Source: a virus
Taxonomy: Duplodnaviria; Heunggongvirae; Uroviricota; Caudoviricetes
DNA length: 17,267 nt
Virus record (IMG/VR): IMGVR_UViG_2565956714_000008
Span: 1-17,267 of that record
Strand: one strand, 5' to 3'
Part shown: in pieces, positions 1 to 8,204 of the stretch
Numbering within the stretch: position 1 is the first letter of the stretch
Layout: every line of letters begins with the position of its first letter
Program-made: the position numbers and the translations under genes
The notes under the pieces: model-generated
What the model was told of the DNA's origin: nothing
Database searches by the model: none
What the model saw: only the letters and a program-made list of their open reading frames with translations

Positions 1-378
1 ATGGACGAACAGTGGGGCTATGTCGGGGCTAAATCGCGCCAGCGCTGGCTGTTTTACGCGTATGACAGTCTCCGGAAGACGGTTGTTGCGCACGTATTCG
101 GTGAACGCACGATAGCGACGCTGGGGCGTCTTATGAGCCTGCTGTCACCCTTTGACGTGGTGATATGGATGACGGATGGCTGGCCGCTGTATGAATCCCG
201 CCTGAAGGGAAAGCTGCACGTAATCAGCAAGCGATATACGCAGCGAATTGAGCGGCATAACCTGAATCTGAGGCAGCACCTGGCACGGCTGGGACGGAAG
301 TCGCTGTCGTTCTCAAAATCGGTGGAGCTGCATGACAAAGTCATCGGGCATTATCTGAACATAAAACACTATCAATAA
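1..378 (+). CDS. insB: IS1 transposase InsB, C-terminal 125 residues (5' end outside window)
   Basis: ORF-track protein ...[72 protein letters not shown] matches the InsB C-terminus as I remember it; stop TAA at 376-378 lies just inside the terminal repeat. Confidence 0.85.
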   Translation: MDEQWGYVGAKSRQRWLFYAYDSLRKTVVAHVFGERTIATLGRLMSLLSPFDVVIWMTDGWPLYESRLKGKLHVISKRYTQRIERHNLNLRQHLARLGRKSLSFSKSVELHDKVIGHYLNIKHYQ

Positions 379-393
379 GTTGGAGTCATTACC
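1..393 (+). mobile_element. IS1 insertion sequence, 3'-terminal 393 bp (rest of element lies upstream of window start)
   Basis: 1-378 translates to the C-terminal part of IS1 InsB; 371-393 (atcaataagttggagtcattacc) is the IS1 terminal inverted repeat. Recognised from memory of IS1. Confidence 0.9.
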
Positions 394-1653
394 ATCTTTC
401 TCAACAACCTGCCGGCTCCCGGAGGATATAATTGTTGTGTCAGCTTTCCCGCCGCTTTTGATATTTTGCGTTCCGCTGTTGATATTGGTGCCTGTGGCTA
501 TGCCATAATTATTAATATTCTGTGTGCCACCATTAATTATGGTATTTGTCGCGTTTCCTGCAACATCCATAACCCCGCCATTATCTATTCGGGTCGCATC
601 AGCTTTAGCATTGGTTAAAACTGACATTGTTCCTTTATCTTTAATAATCGTCTTGTTTGCCGAACCATATGCGTTTATGTCTAAATGACCACCGTTTTCC
701 AGCAACACATTGTCTGCCACGTGATTGTGGATGGAGAATGCACCTTCACTATTCGTACCGCTCACCGTCGTACCGTTAGTGTTAGTTTTTAAAATTGCAC
801 CATCGTGCTGGGTAACATTTGTTGCCGTACCACCACTAACATCAAGCACGCCACCAGAATAAACTTCAATAACATCCGAGGTGCTGGTGTTATCAACAAT
901 TTGCGTGCCACCAGAATAGATATGCGTATTTTTTGCCGTTGACTTACTATTCAGAGACTGAGTTCCGCCTTCAATCGTCGTGTCCAGCGCACGGCTCTCA
1001 TATACTCTTTGCTCACCGCCATTTTTAATGGTTGTTGTTTCTACTGTGCTCTGTTCAACATACTGTCGACCACCATTTATGGTTGTGTTCGTTGCCAGAC
1101 TTCCTTGTACTACGTCCTGAGAGCCAGACTTATTTATCGTTGTACCATCAGCATGCCCTTGAACTTTTACTATCTGGCTACCACCATCAATGAGTATTCC
1201 ATTCGCACTCCCTCCCTCTACGCGTGAAGCACCGCCCTTAATTGTCGTTCCATTGCTGATACCCCCTTTATAAACGTCCTGATTGCCACTCTCGATTGTC
1301 GTACCTGTGGAAATACCCCCGTCATGAATTGACTGTCTGCCACCGTTAATGGTTGTATTATTAGCCTGCCCCACAAAATTGTTATGACTTCCTATATCTT
1401 GATATCCACCAGATTCAATAAGACTTCCATTAGATACCCCGCCATGAACATTCTGCTGGCCATGGTTGATAATATGAGTGTTATTTGTTGTACCTCGTTC
1501 ATCCACTTTTTGGTTGCCATCTACAGTCTCATCGTTTACCACACCAATAACATTAGTAGTGAAGGCAGCCATCCCGGGCGGGGCATATATCAAGGCAGAT
1601 ATCAATAAGGAAAGTACTGAGCGGCGACAATAATAGGGACTGGTCCTGTTCAT
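394..1653 (-). pseudogene. ypjA: Autotransporter adhesin gene truncated by IS1: signal peptide plus passenger-domain repeats only, no beta-barrel translocator
   Basis: Minus-strand ORF with probable start ATG at 1653 (GAGGA 8 nt upstream), N-terminal signal-like segment MNRTSPYYCRRSVLSLLISALIYAPPGMAAF, then many ~19-aa repeats of the form TTINGG-Q-V/GG-S-G typical of AIDA/Ag43-type passenger beta-helices. The frame runs straight into IS1 at 393/394 (the ORF-track tail ...[24 protein letters not shown] is IS1-encoded). Symbol assigned from remembered K-12 gene order (ypjA-pinH-ypjB-ypjC-ileY), not from an identity check. Confidence 0.7.
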
Positions 1654-1991
1654 AAATTTCATCCTCTGAAAAGTGAATACTGAGTAGCGTTTAAGCGACC
1701 TTAGCTTTGCTGCAACATCAGCCCACAGGCACCAGACCAGGGGATTCATCCTGAAGAGACAGCGCAAGTGTATTGTGTTCACCGCTCATCAAAGACATCA
1801 TGATGAAATGATGATATTCCGCATAAGAATGAGGCATTTTTTAAACGCAGTGCGCTGAAGTGTGGTTGGATAAAAAAGTCAATCCATTCAGGAAATACGG
1901 GCGTATTCTTTTCTTTCGACAATGAGGCCGTTGGCAAAATAAAATGATTTACATAATCGTTTCTGATGAATATCTTCTGCTCACATAAAAA

Positions 1992-2290
1992 TCACACAAT
2001 AACTTTGAGATCGCAGATTGTTTTACTTTTACAGCATTCGTCCCCCCATTGTTGGGCAAATATAGATTGGGCCAGAGCACGAAAGTTAATACCACGTTCG
2101 CACAGCTCCTCCAACAGCACGACAAGATGCCACATACTGCGCCCCAGTCGGTTCAGTTTACAGACTAGCAGTGCGTTCCCTGCCGATGATGTCCTGACCA
2201 GTTTTTTCAGTCCGGACCTCCTGCCACGGTTTTACGTTGAAGTGGTAACCCTGAGCACGCAGTTCTTCAGTCAGGCGTGGTGCACCGTAA
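1992..2290 (-). pseudogene. pinH: Serine recombinase (invertase/resolvase) relic, frameshifted and truncated
   Basis: Minus-strand translation of about 2040-2170 gives ...[38 protein letters not shown]..., resembling the conserved core of Hin/Gin/Pin-type serine recombinases (pattern WKLDRLGRS...L..L.ERGI.F.SL); the upstream part is in another frame and no intact N-terminal catalytic region is present. Symbol by locus memory only. Confidence 0.5.
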
Positions 2291-2564
2291 CGCTGTTATT
2301 GCTGGGTAAGATCAAAAAACTTTCAGGCAGCTAAGGAAAGTTGAACCAGACATTAGATGAAATATTTCAACCAATTACAGCACCAATTCAGTCACTGCCA
2401 GCCCACCAAATAAATCAAGGGGTTACATGAAAACGTAGCCCCTTTTTCTTTGGTAGTGACACTAAAATGGATGTAGTGTGAAGAATAATCCCGTTTACTC
2501 AATCAATAATACATATTGTTTCAATCTACGTTATTATCTCTTTGTAAAAATTGCCATTTATTAA

Positions 2565-3356
2565 TCATTGAAAACTGCTTTTAGAACTTGATACAACGGG
2601 ACTAGTCACAACAGGACTATTCTCAACGGGATCATCCTCAGAGGAACTATCATCAAAGTCATCATCCATAAATAAAATATCATCGAATGGTGCCACGCCC
2701 GTGATGAGTTTTATTTTATTATTACGATCAGTCAATACTCCACTTAAACCGTTTTCGCTCACAGGTTTTAATGATTTTTCATTACTCTTGTTGTAAGCAG
2801 GCGCATTAAAAATACACGGAGTATCAACATCAAACAATGACGTTCCCCAGTTCACATATTGAATATCATAGTTACTGAAGTTCTGTCCAGAAAAGAAGCA
2901 CCCCTTAAAATCCAATCCACGTAAATTATATAAACCACCCTCTTCTTTTTGGAGAGTAATGTTAATTTTGGCTATCTCCCGGACATCATCGCCATTTTTG
3001 TATTTGAATACCGTTTCAAGATGTTCTCCAGACAGCTTGACTTCAGGAAATAATTTGAAATCAAAGCCTATATTATTATGTGTCAACGTAGATGAACAAA
3101 AAATGGAAAAAGCTTGCAGTGCTGAATTATAGCTATCGATTTTATCTTGAGGCTGAGCTCTTGGTAAAAACTTATAGCAACACTCATAAAAATTAAACAG
3201 AAGCTCTGAAGACCTTGTATTTTTATCAAATAATACCCCCTTGAACTCATTCACAAACGCATCTTTTTTTTCTTGAATATCTATGGGGTGTTCCTTTGAC
3301 TCTGACAAAGATGAAATCTCATCTATTTTGTTTTCATATGAATTACGTGATTCCAT
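2565..3356 (-). CDS. Hypothetical protein, 263 aa, AT-rich, acidic Ser/Asp-rich C-terminus
   Basis: Long uninterrupted minus-strand ORF in AT-rich DNA; no recognisable domain; no clear Shine-Dalgarno before ATG 3356. Position corresponds to ypjB if my recollection of the K-12 gene order is right. Confidence 0.55.
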   Translation of the reverse strand: MESRNSYENKIDEISSLSESKEHPIDIQEKKDAFVNEFKGVLFDKNTRSSELLFNFYECCYKFLPRAQPQDKIDSYNSALQAFSIFCSSTLTHNNIGFDFKLFPEVKLSGEHLETVFKYKNGDDVREIAKINITLQKEEGGLYNLRGLDFKGCFFSGQNFSNYDIQYVNWGTSLFDVDTPCIFNAPAYNKSNEKSLKPVSENGLSGVLTDRNNKIKLITGVAPFDDILFMDDDFDDSSSEDDPVENSPVVTSPVVSSSKSSFQ

Positions 3357-3455
3357 ACAGACATTTGGCGGCGTTTCTAAAATAACACTACGCGTACTAC
3401 TTGGCTTAAGTAAACCAACATGAAAATCACTTTTTCTTATATTATCGAAAAGGTT

Positions 3456-3938
3456 CTATTCATTTCTTTTAGCGCATTCAAAAAACTGATCGGCATTATT
3501 TTTATTCGATAATTTTTTAGTTTCAGAAAACACATTTTCATTGTTTTCCAGCTTTAGTTTAATGAGAAGATTTTCCCAGACCTGCTTGCTTAAACATATT
3601 ACGTCAGGCTCACCAGAACTAACTAACTCGTGATTATTATTAAAGTGTACGTTGAATACCTTTAAGTTATTTTCACCAACTTCATATTTAATACGTTTTA
3701 ATTGTTCTCCAGCTCCCATAATGACAAAGGCGTTGCCTTCTTGATATATACATTCAGACATCATTTTTTGTAAAGTTTCAAGAGCACCGCGATACGTCTC
3801 TGATGCAGCTTCCTTACAAATTAATTTTAAAATACTATGAGCTAGTAGCTCCATGTGTTTAGAAGATTTATTTTCATTATAACTTCCACTACCCAAAACT
3901 GCGCTAGCGTTAAATCCGTTGCTTTTACTAACTAACAT
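3456..3938 (-). CDS. Hypothetical protein, 160 aa, AT-rich
   Basis: Minus-strand ORF with GAGGA 7 nt upstream of ATG 3938; same strand as and 100 bp upstream of the 263-aa ORF (likely co-transcribed). No recognisable domain. Position corresponds to ypjC in K-12 gene order. Confidence 0.55.
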   Translation of the reverse strand: MLVSKSNGFNASAVLGSGSYNENKSSKHMELLAHSILKLICKEAASETYRGALETLQKMMSECIYQEGNAFVIMGAGEQLKRIKYEVGENNLKVFNVHFNNNHELVSSGEPDVICLSKQVWENLLIKLKLENNENVFSETKKLSNKNNADQFFECAKRNE

Positions 3939-4688
3939 TGTCTATTCCTCAATTAATGTCTACATGGCTATTTTTAATGTTATTACTGTTTGTCACTATA
4001 AAAAAACGCTCATTTGAGACAATTACTGACATTAACTGCTTCACTTGCTACGCATGGAACTTTTAATTAAATTAGCACAGGAATGTTAAATTTAATAAAC
4101 AAAAGGTTATTTCGCTGTATGATAAAAAAAACCGTTATAATTTATTAGTGAAAATCGTTTTTCAAGTGTTAGAAATTTATATCTCAATAGCGTTGGTTAA
4201 TGAGCATAGCCACGCTCCTGTAACGCTCACAAAACTCATCTGCCTGCGGCGGGTGTTCTGGTCAGTAGTAGATGTTTAAGGCGTGGCAGAGACATTTCAT
4301 CCTTACTCTACGGCATTGTTCTACATACATTGGTTGTGGTACTCACTTATCATCAGTGAGCGAACAGAGAATAGTTCAGTGATTTGAGTAATTAACCTGA
4401 TTAAATGAAGGGGTATAATAAATGATAATACTCTGGCTTTATCGTTAATTACTTAATTCCACATGTAAGCAATTTGCCCGCTTGGCATAGCAGGCATTTT
4501 TTCCAGGTACTTTTGAATGAGTACTGATGGATAAATACATTGCAGTGGCGTGCCACGTACCAAAACACCAGCCCTCATTCGAAACCACCCACCGCACTTC
4601 TTCCTTGAAATGGCGTTAGTCATGAAATATAGACCGCCATCGAGTACCCCTTGTACCCTTAACTCTTCCTGATACGTAAATAATGATT

Positions 4689-4733
4689 TGGTGGCCCTTG
4701 CTGGACTTGAACCAGCGACCAAGCGATTATGAG
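4689..4733 (-). repeat. att core copy: 45-nt duplicate of the tRNA-Ile2 3' end (acceptor/T-arm to anticodon loop), marking the left boundary of the integrated element
   Basis: tggtggcccttgctggacttgaaccagcgaccaagcgattatgag matches 15430-15474 at 44 of 45 positions (single C/T difference); the sequence diverges immediately after, and the region upstream in tRNA orientation is not tRNA-like. Confidence 0.85.
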
Positions 4734-4842
4734 TTGGTTGATAACCCTTTACTTACAGATACTTAGCGATACTTTTCAATACCTTAGCATTTTTTAAAAC
4801 TACTGTATAAATACCTGTATATACCCCAAAATACTTCTTTAC

Positions 4843-4890
4843 GGTATCCTATAGGTATCCTGGAGCAGAACAAGCGATTTTCCAGGATAC
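4843..4890. promoter_or_regulatory. Putative integrase arm-type binding sites (GGTATCCT direct repeats plus inverted copy)
   Basis: ggtatcctataggtatcctgg at 4843-4863 and inverted copy tccaggatac at 4881-4890; a near-identical block ggtatcctataagtatcctgg occurs at 15367-15387 beside the other att core. Function inferred. Confidence 0.4.
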
Positions 4891-4914
4891 CAGATCGCTT
4901 GGTGGGGTGTATGA

Positions 4915-6336
4915 GTGAAATTATTCAGATTCTCTAAAGTAAAAATTGCAGAACTGCCAACGCCGGAACATGGACAGGTCGAATATGGTGATACGGAGGT
5001 TAACGGGCTGCGTGTCCGTGTAGGTTCGTCTGGTGTGAAAAGTTTCTGCATTTCCCGTAAGCGTAACGGAAAATTTATTCGTGCAACGCTGGGGCGTTTT
5101 CCTGATCTGAGCGTGGATAATGCCAGGGCTAAAGCTATGGAACTCCTTGGCGAAGTCGCCACAACGGGGATAAATCCGAACATAGCAAAGCGCACTAACA
5201 ACAAGGCCATGATAACGCTGAGTGAGGCGATTGACGCCTACGTAAAAAATCGTGGCCACCGCCTGAAACCCTCCACAGAAAAACAGTACCGCAGCATATT
5301 ACAGAATTATTCCGGTGACTGGATGGCCCATACCCTCGCCAGTATTTCCCGCGAACGGGTGGAACAACGGCATAAGGCCATCACTGATGGGGCTGTATGG
5401 TTCGGTGCTGATAAAACCACGTTACGGGCTGGGGTTGGTACAGGAAGCAAGGCACAGGCCGATTTATGGGCGCGTGCGCTACGTGCTGTGTGTCGGTTTG
5501 CGCATGATCATTACCGTGATGATGCGGGTAATACTCTTTTACCGGATCCGCCGACTCTGGTACTGAGCACCAAGCGCCAGTGGCACGGAACGGTAAGAAA
5601 AACGGAACGTATCCGCCTGCATGATTTTCCCCGCTGGTTTGCTGCTGTAGCTGCTGTGCGCGACCAGGGCGAACAGGAAAGGGATGATATAGCTGTTACG
5701 GTATGTGATGCCGTGGAAATGGCACTGTTTACCGGACTGAGGAAATCAGAAGTTTTTGGCCTTACGTGGGATCGCGTGAATATGGGCGGTCGCTTTTTCT
5801 GGATAGACACCACGAAAAACGGGGATCCGCTTGAACTGCCGATCACTGATACGTTGCGGAAAATGTTTCTTCGCAGGCTAAAAAACAAAGCTGCTGATGA
5901 TGTGCTGGTGTTTCCTGGCGTGAAGGGAGTGATTCAGGAGACACGGCACATCATAGACCGGATAAGCGCGGCTACCATTCCTGAGGCGAACGATGAAATG
6001 CTCTTCCCTGTCCCGTTTAAGTGGCACGACGCACGCCGGACGTTCGGAACGGTTGCTGAGCTGGTGGGCGTGGGTAATTACATCCTCAAGCGCCTGATGA
6101 ATCACCGCACTATGCGAAGTGCCGACGTAACGCAGGGGTATTTACATTTCGGTGCTGATGAACTGCTGGAGCCAGCATCACGGATAGAACGGGCAATTCT
6201 GGAACATGCCGGGCTGGTGGAGAGTAAAAAATCTATCGATGCGCAATTACTTTCCGCACTGGAGGGCATGAGTGATGATGAAAAACGTCGTTTACTATTT
6301 GCTATAGTACAAGAAAAGAATGACATATATGGGTGA
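4915..6336 (+). CDS. int: Tyrosine recombinase / integrase, P4-like with N-terminal arm-binding domain
   Basis: 473-aa ORF starting GTG 4915. The N-terminus (LPTPEHGQVEYGDTEVNGLRVRVGSSGVKSFCISRKRNGKFIRATLGRFPDLSVDNARAKAMELLGEV) fits the arm-binding domain pattern of P4-family integrases; C-terminal region has catalytic-domain signatures (LFTGLRKSEV, HDARRTFGT, TQGYLHF). Lies 180 bp inside the att repeat. Confidence 0.9.
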   Translation: MKLFRFSKVKIAELPTPEHGQVEYGDTEVNGLRVRVGSSGVKSFCISRKRNGKFIRATLGRFPDLSVDNARAKAMELLGEVATTGINPNIAKRTNNKAMITLSEAIDAYVKNRGHRLKPSTEKQYRSILQNYSGDWMAHTLASISRERVEQRHKAITDGAVWFGADKTTLRAGVGTGSKAQADLWARALRAVCRFAHDHYRDDAGNTLLPDPPTLVLSTKRQWHGTVRKTERIRLHDFPRWFAAVAAVRDQGEQERDDIAVTVCDAVEMALFTGLRKSEVFGLTWDRVNMGGRFFWIDTTKNGDPLELPITDTLRKMFLRRLKNKAADDVLVFPGVKGVIQETRHIIDRISAATIPEANDEMLFPVPFKWHDARRTFGTVAELVGVGNYILKRLMNHRTMRSADVTQGYLHFGADELLEPASRIERAILEHAGLVESKKSIDAQLLSALEGMSDDEKRRLLFAIVQEKNDIYG

Positions 6337-7045
6337 TAACAATATATCGGTCAAACAATATATTATTTATTCGGTTATGAATGATTTAATTACTGGTGGG
6401 CGAGACTCTTCAGTTTTAAACGTTCCTGTATCTTTATCCCCGAAAAACTCCACCATAGAGGCTATAAAACGCTTGATTGATGATATAAGAGATTATTTTT
6501 ATAAATCAAAGTATCCAACAAGAGAATTTCTTTTGTGTTATGGTTTAGAATTAAGAGAAATCGAGCAATATCCTATTGAATTAGCTATAAGAATGGATTC
6601 ATGTGGTTTTTTAATATTTGATAGTAAACTATCTTGTCAGGTTGTCGATACTTTAAATTCAGCAGTTGCATTGTACCATGTCGGAATGCGTAATCACGCA
6701 GACAAACTTACTAGGGTTGGTGTTGAGTTATTGCTTAATGACTTTTTTGAAGAAATTATATCGAACCATGAAAAAGATAAAAAAATAAAAGATGCTTTAT
6801 CCTTATCACAGAAAGAAAAAGCGCGCAAACCAAGAAATCATTATTACAATGAAGTTATGCACGTAATTAAACTAACATGGGAAAAGTACCCTAAAGCCAG
6901 TAAAACAGGTTTATTGAACGAGCTTTCTGTTTACTATCATGGGAAAGTAAGTAAAAACACTCTGGATAAATGGATTAAAGAATCAGGAGCACAACCACCA
7001 AGACCTGATAAATATTCTTCGTTTGAACTTGTTCACCCCCAATAG
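6320..7045 (+). CDS. Hypothetical protein, 241 aa, markedly AT-rich cargo gene; possible HTH near C-terminus
   Basis: ORF overlaps the integrase stop by 17 nt (ATG 6320; alternative ATG 6329). Base composition is visibly more AT-rich than the flanking integrase and regulator genes. No recognisable catalytic motif; C-terminal KASKTGLLNELSVYYHGKVSKNTLDKWIKE looks HTH-like. Confidence 0.55.
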   Translation: MTYMGDNNISVKQYIIYSVMNDLITGGRDSSVLNVPVSLSPKNSTIEAIKRLIDDIRDYFYKSKYPTREFLLCYGLELREIEQYPIELAIRMDSCGFLIFDSKLSCQVVDTLNSAVALYHVGMRNHADKLTRVGVELLLNDFFEEIISNHEKDKKIKDALSLSQKEKARKPRNHYYNEVMHVIKLTWEKYPKASKTGLLNELSVYYHGKVSKNTLDKWIKESGAQPPRPDKYSSFELVHPQ

Positions 7046-7073
7046 CTGGCTAGTGTATCTTAATAGCTGGCTA
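7041..7073. repeat. Two direct repeats aatagctggcta spaced 21 bp, upstream of the Xis/AlpA-like gene
   Basis: aatagctggcta at 7041-7052 and 7062-7073; a partial third copy (ctggctatt) near 7110. Possible regulator binding sites. Confidence 0.3.
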
Positions 7074-7150
7074 TTAAGGCTAAATAACTGGTAACCTCCC
7101 CACAGCAACTGGCTATTGGGCTAAAAACAAAATACCCATTGATTGATATT

Positions 7151-7184
7151 TATCACCGTTGTTACTTAGAAGTACACGGTGATA
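7151..7184. promoter_or_regulatory. Inverted repeat TATCACCGT-N16-ACGGTGATA overlapping the ribosome-binding region of the downstream HTH gene; candidate operator
   Basis: Perfect 9-bp arms at 7151-7159 and 7176-7184. The half-site TATCACCG resembles lambda-type operator half-sites, although the spacing differs from lambda operators. Confidence 0.4.
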
Positions 7185-7187
7185 GAT

Positions 7188-7397
7188 ATGAATTTAAAGA
7201 AATCTGATTTATCAACTGACCGCCTTACACGTGCTGAAGCTGCTGCCTACCTTGGCGTTAACAATCAAACGCTGGCGAACTGGGCCTGTACTGGCAAGGT
7301 AAAAATCCCTTTCCATAAGCTGGGGCGCAAAGTGCTGTATATGCGCACTGATCTCGATGCTTATCTTGCATCCACTCGCAGAACGCAGACGGTGTAA
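7188..7397 (+). CDS. Xis/AlpA-superfamily helix-turn-helix DNA-binding protein (excisionase-like or induction regulator)
   Basis: 69 aa from ATG 7188 (track start GTG 7179). LTRAEAAAYLGVNNQTLANWACTGKVKIPFHKLGRKVLYMRTDLDAYL fits the excisionase-family HTH pattern (L..EAA.YLGVS..TL..W...G.IP..K.GR...Y...DLDAYL). Confidence 0.75.
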   Translation: MNLKKSDLSTDRLTRAEAAAYLGVNNQTLANWACTGKVKIPFHKLGRKVLYMRTDLDAYLASTRRTQTV

Positions 7398-7744
7398 GGG
7401 GGAGTGATGGCACATAAAACAAAGGCGACCGCAGAGGGCCGCCAGTGGCATAACACTAAACTTGAGCATATCCAGAATACCAGGTTGTTGGCTGGTGGGC
7501 AATGCTATCAGTCTGGCTCGATTCGCTGCCATGCCTGCAATGAGCGTATTTTCCTAGAATACTCTTTAAGGTACTTCTCAAGGATAAACGCACATGGTGC
7601 GAATCTCTCCGGTTCATGTTCGTTTACCGCATTTTTGCGTTGTTTTTTCTTGGATGAGGATAATTTCTTTAATGATTTGTCAGTCATCGTAGATACCTGT
7701 AACCCTGTGCGCCACAGTTCACCGCACCACGGCGCTGGTGATGG

Positions 7745-7870
7745 TTACTCCTGCTCTTTGGCCTTGCGCCGCTGGCGGCGTTTGATCTCATCAAGGATTT
7801 TTCTTGGTAAGAAGCCTGCTGGTTTATTCTCTGGTAGAGAAAGTTTGTTATCGGTCTGCTTTTCAGTCAT
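7745..7870 (-). CDS. Small basic protein, 41 aa, translationally coupled to the upstream RHH gene
   Basis: ATG at 7870 lies 3 nt after the RHH stop codon (ATGtaTGA arrangement); encodes MTEKQTDNKLSLPENKPAGFLPRKILDEIKRRQRRKAKEQE. Below the ORF-track length cut-off; a weak call. Confidence 0.25.
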   Translation of the reverse strand: MTEKQTDNKLSLPENKPAGFLPRKILDEIKRRQRRKAKEQE

Positions 7871-7873
7871 ACA

Positions 7874-8065
7874 TCAGCCTTTAGGTTCAATGCCGCGTCG
7901 CTTTAGTTCGGCACGAGCTAATTCTTTAAACCAATTGCCGAGGGTTAGGCCATCGGCGGTTGCTGCCTCGTTTACTTGCTGGCGTAGTTCTTTGCTAATT
8001 CGTATCTGGAATGTCGGCGACCATCCCTCGCCGCGTGGTGATTTATCCCGCTTTAATGTTGACAT
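7874..8065 (-). CDS. Ribbon-helix-helix (Arc/CopG-like) DNA-binding protein, candidate repressor
   Basis: 63 aa; ...FQIRISKELRQQVNEAATADGLTLGNWFKELARAEL has the beta-strand/helix/helix layout of RHH proteins. Its start codon is embedded in a perfect palindromic operator (8064-8109). Confidence 0.6.
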   Translation of the reverse strand: MSTLKRDKSPRGEGWSPTFQIRISKELRQQVNEAATADGLTLGNWFKELARAELKRRGIEPKG

Positions 8066-8109
8066 GTACGTACGTAACTCCTATTATCATCAATATTACG
8101 TACGTACAT
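8064..8109. promoter_or_regulatory. Palindromic operator: two copies of the self-complementary 10-mer TACGTACGTA within perfect 14-bp inverted arms, in the divergent promoter region
   Basis: atgtacgtacgtaa (8064-8077) and ttacgtacgtacat (8096-8109) are exact reverse complements, separated by 18 bp that include the RHH gene's AGGAG ribosome-binding site. Confidence 0.55.
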
Positions 8110-8133
8110 TAACAGTAAGTGCAACAAAAAACA

Positions 8134-8168
8134 AAGCCCCGCAAGTGTCGTTACCACTCGCAGGGCTT
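8134..8168 (-). terminator. Hairpin with 12 of 14 paired bases, followed by a U-run on the minus strand only
   Basis: aagccccgcaagtg / cactcgcagggctt with loop tcgttac; A-tract 8121-8133 gives UGUUUUUUGUU after the hairpin on the minus strand. On the plus strand it would sit in the 5' UTR of the replication operon. Function uncertain. Confidence 0.3.
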
Positions 8169-8204
8169 CTAACCACCAACGATAACGAGAGTATCGAGGT
8201 AGCT

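Noticed and set aside
54-344. 96-aa ORF antisense to IS1 insB
   Set aside because: Entirely antisense within the IS1 transposase gene; no known IS1 gene in this orientation and no ribosome-binding site evidence.
313-1782. 489-aa minus-strand ORF as given in the ORF track
   Set aside because: Its C-terminal residues are read from IS1 DNA (1-393) and its N-terminal 40-43 residues lie upstream of the probable start at 1653; the biological unit is a truncated adhesin gene, 394-1653.
1966-2334. 122-aa plus-strand ORF
   Set aside because: It lies opposite the serine-recombinase relic; its composition is that of an antisense frame, with no ribosome-binding site or domain support.
4453-4722. 89-aa minus-strand ORF
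   Set aside because: Its start is a translation of the tRNA-derived att repeat (MVAGSSPARA...); most likely a chance ORF.
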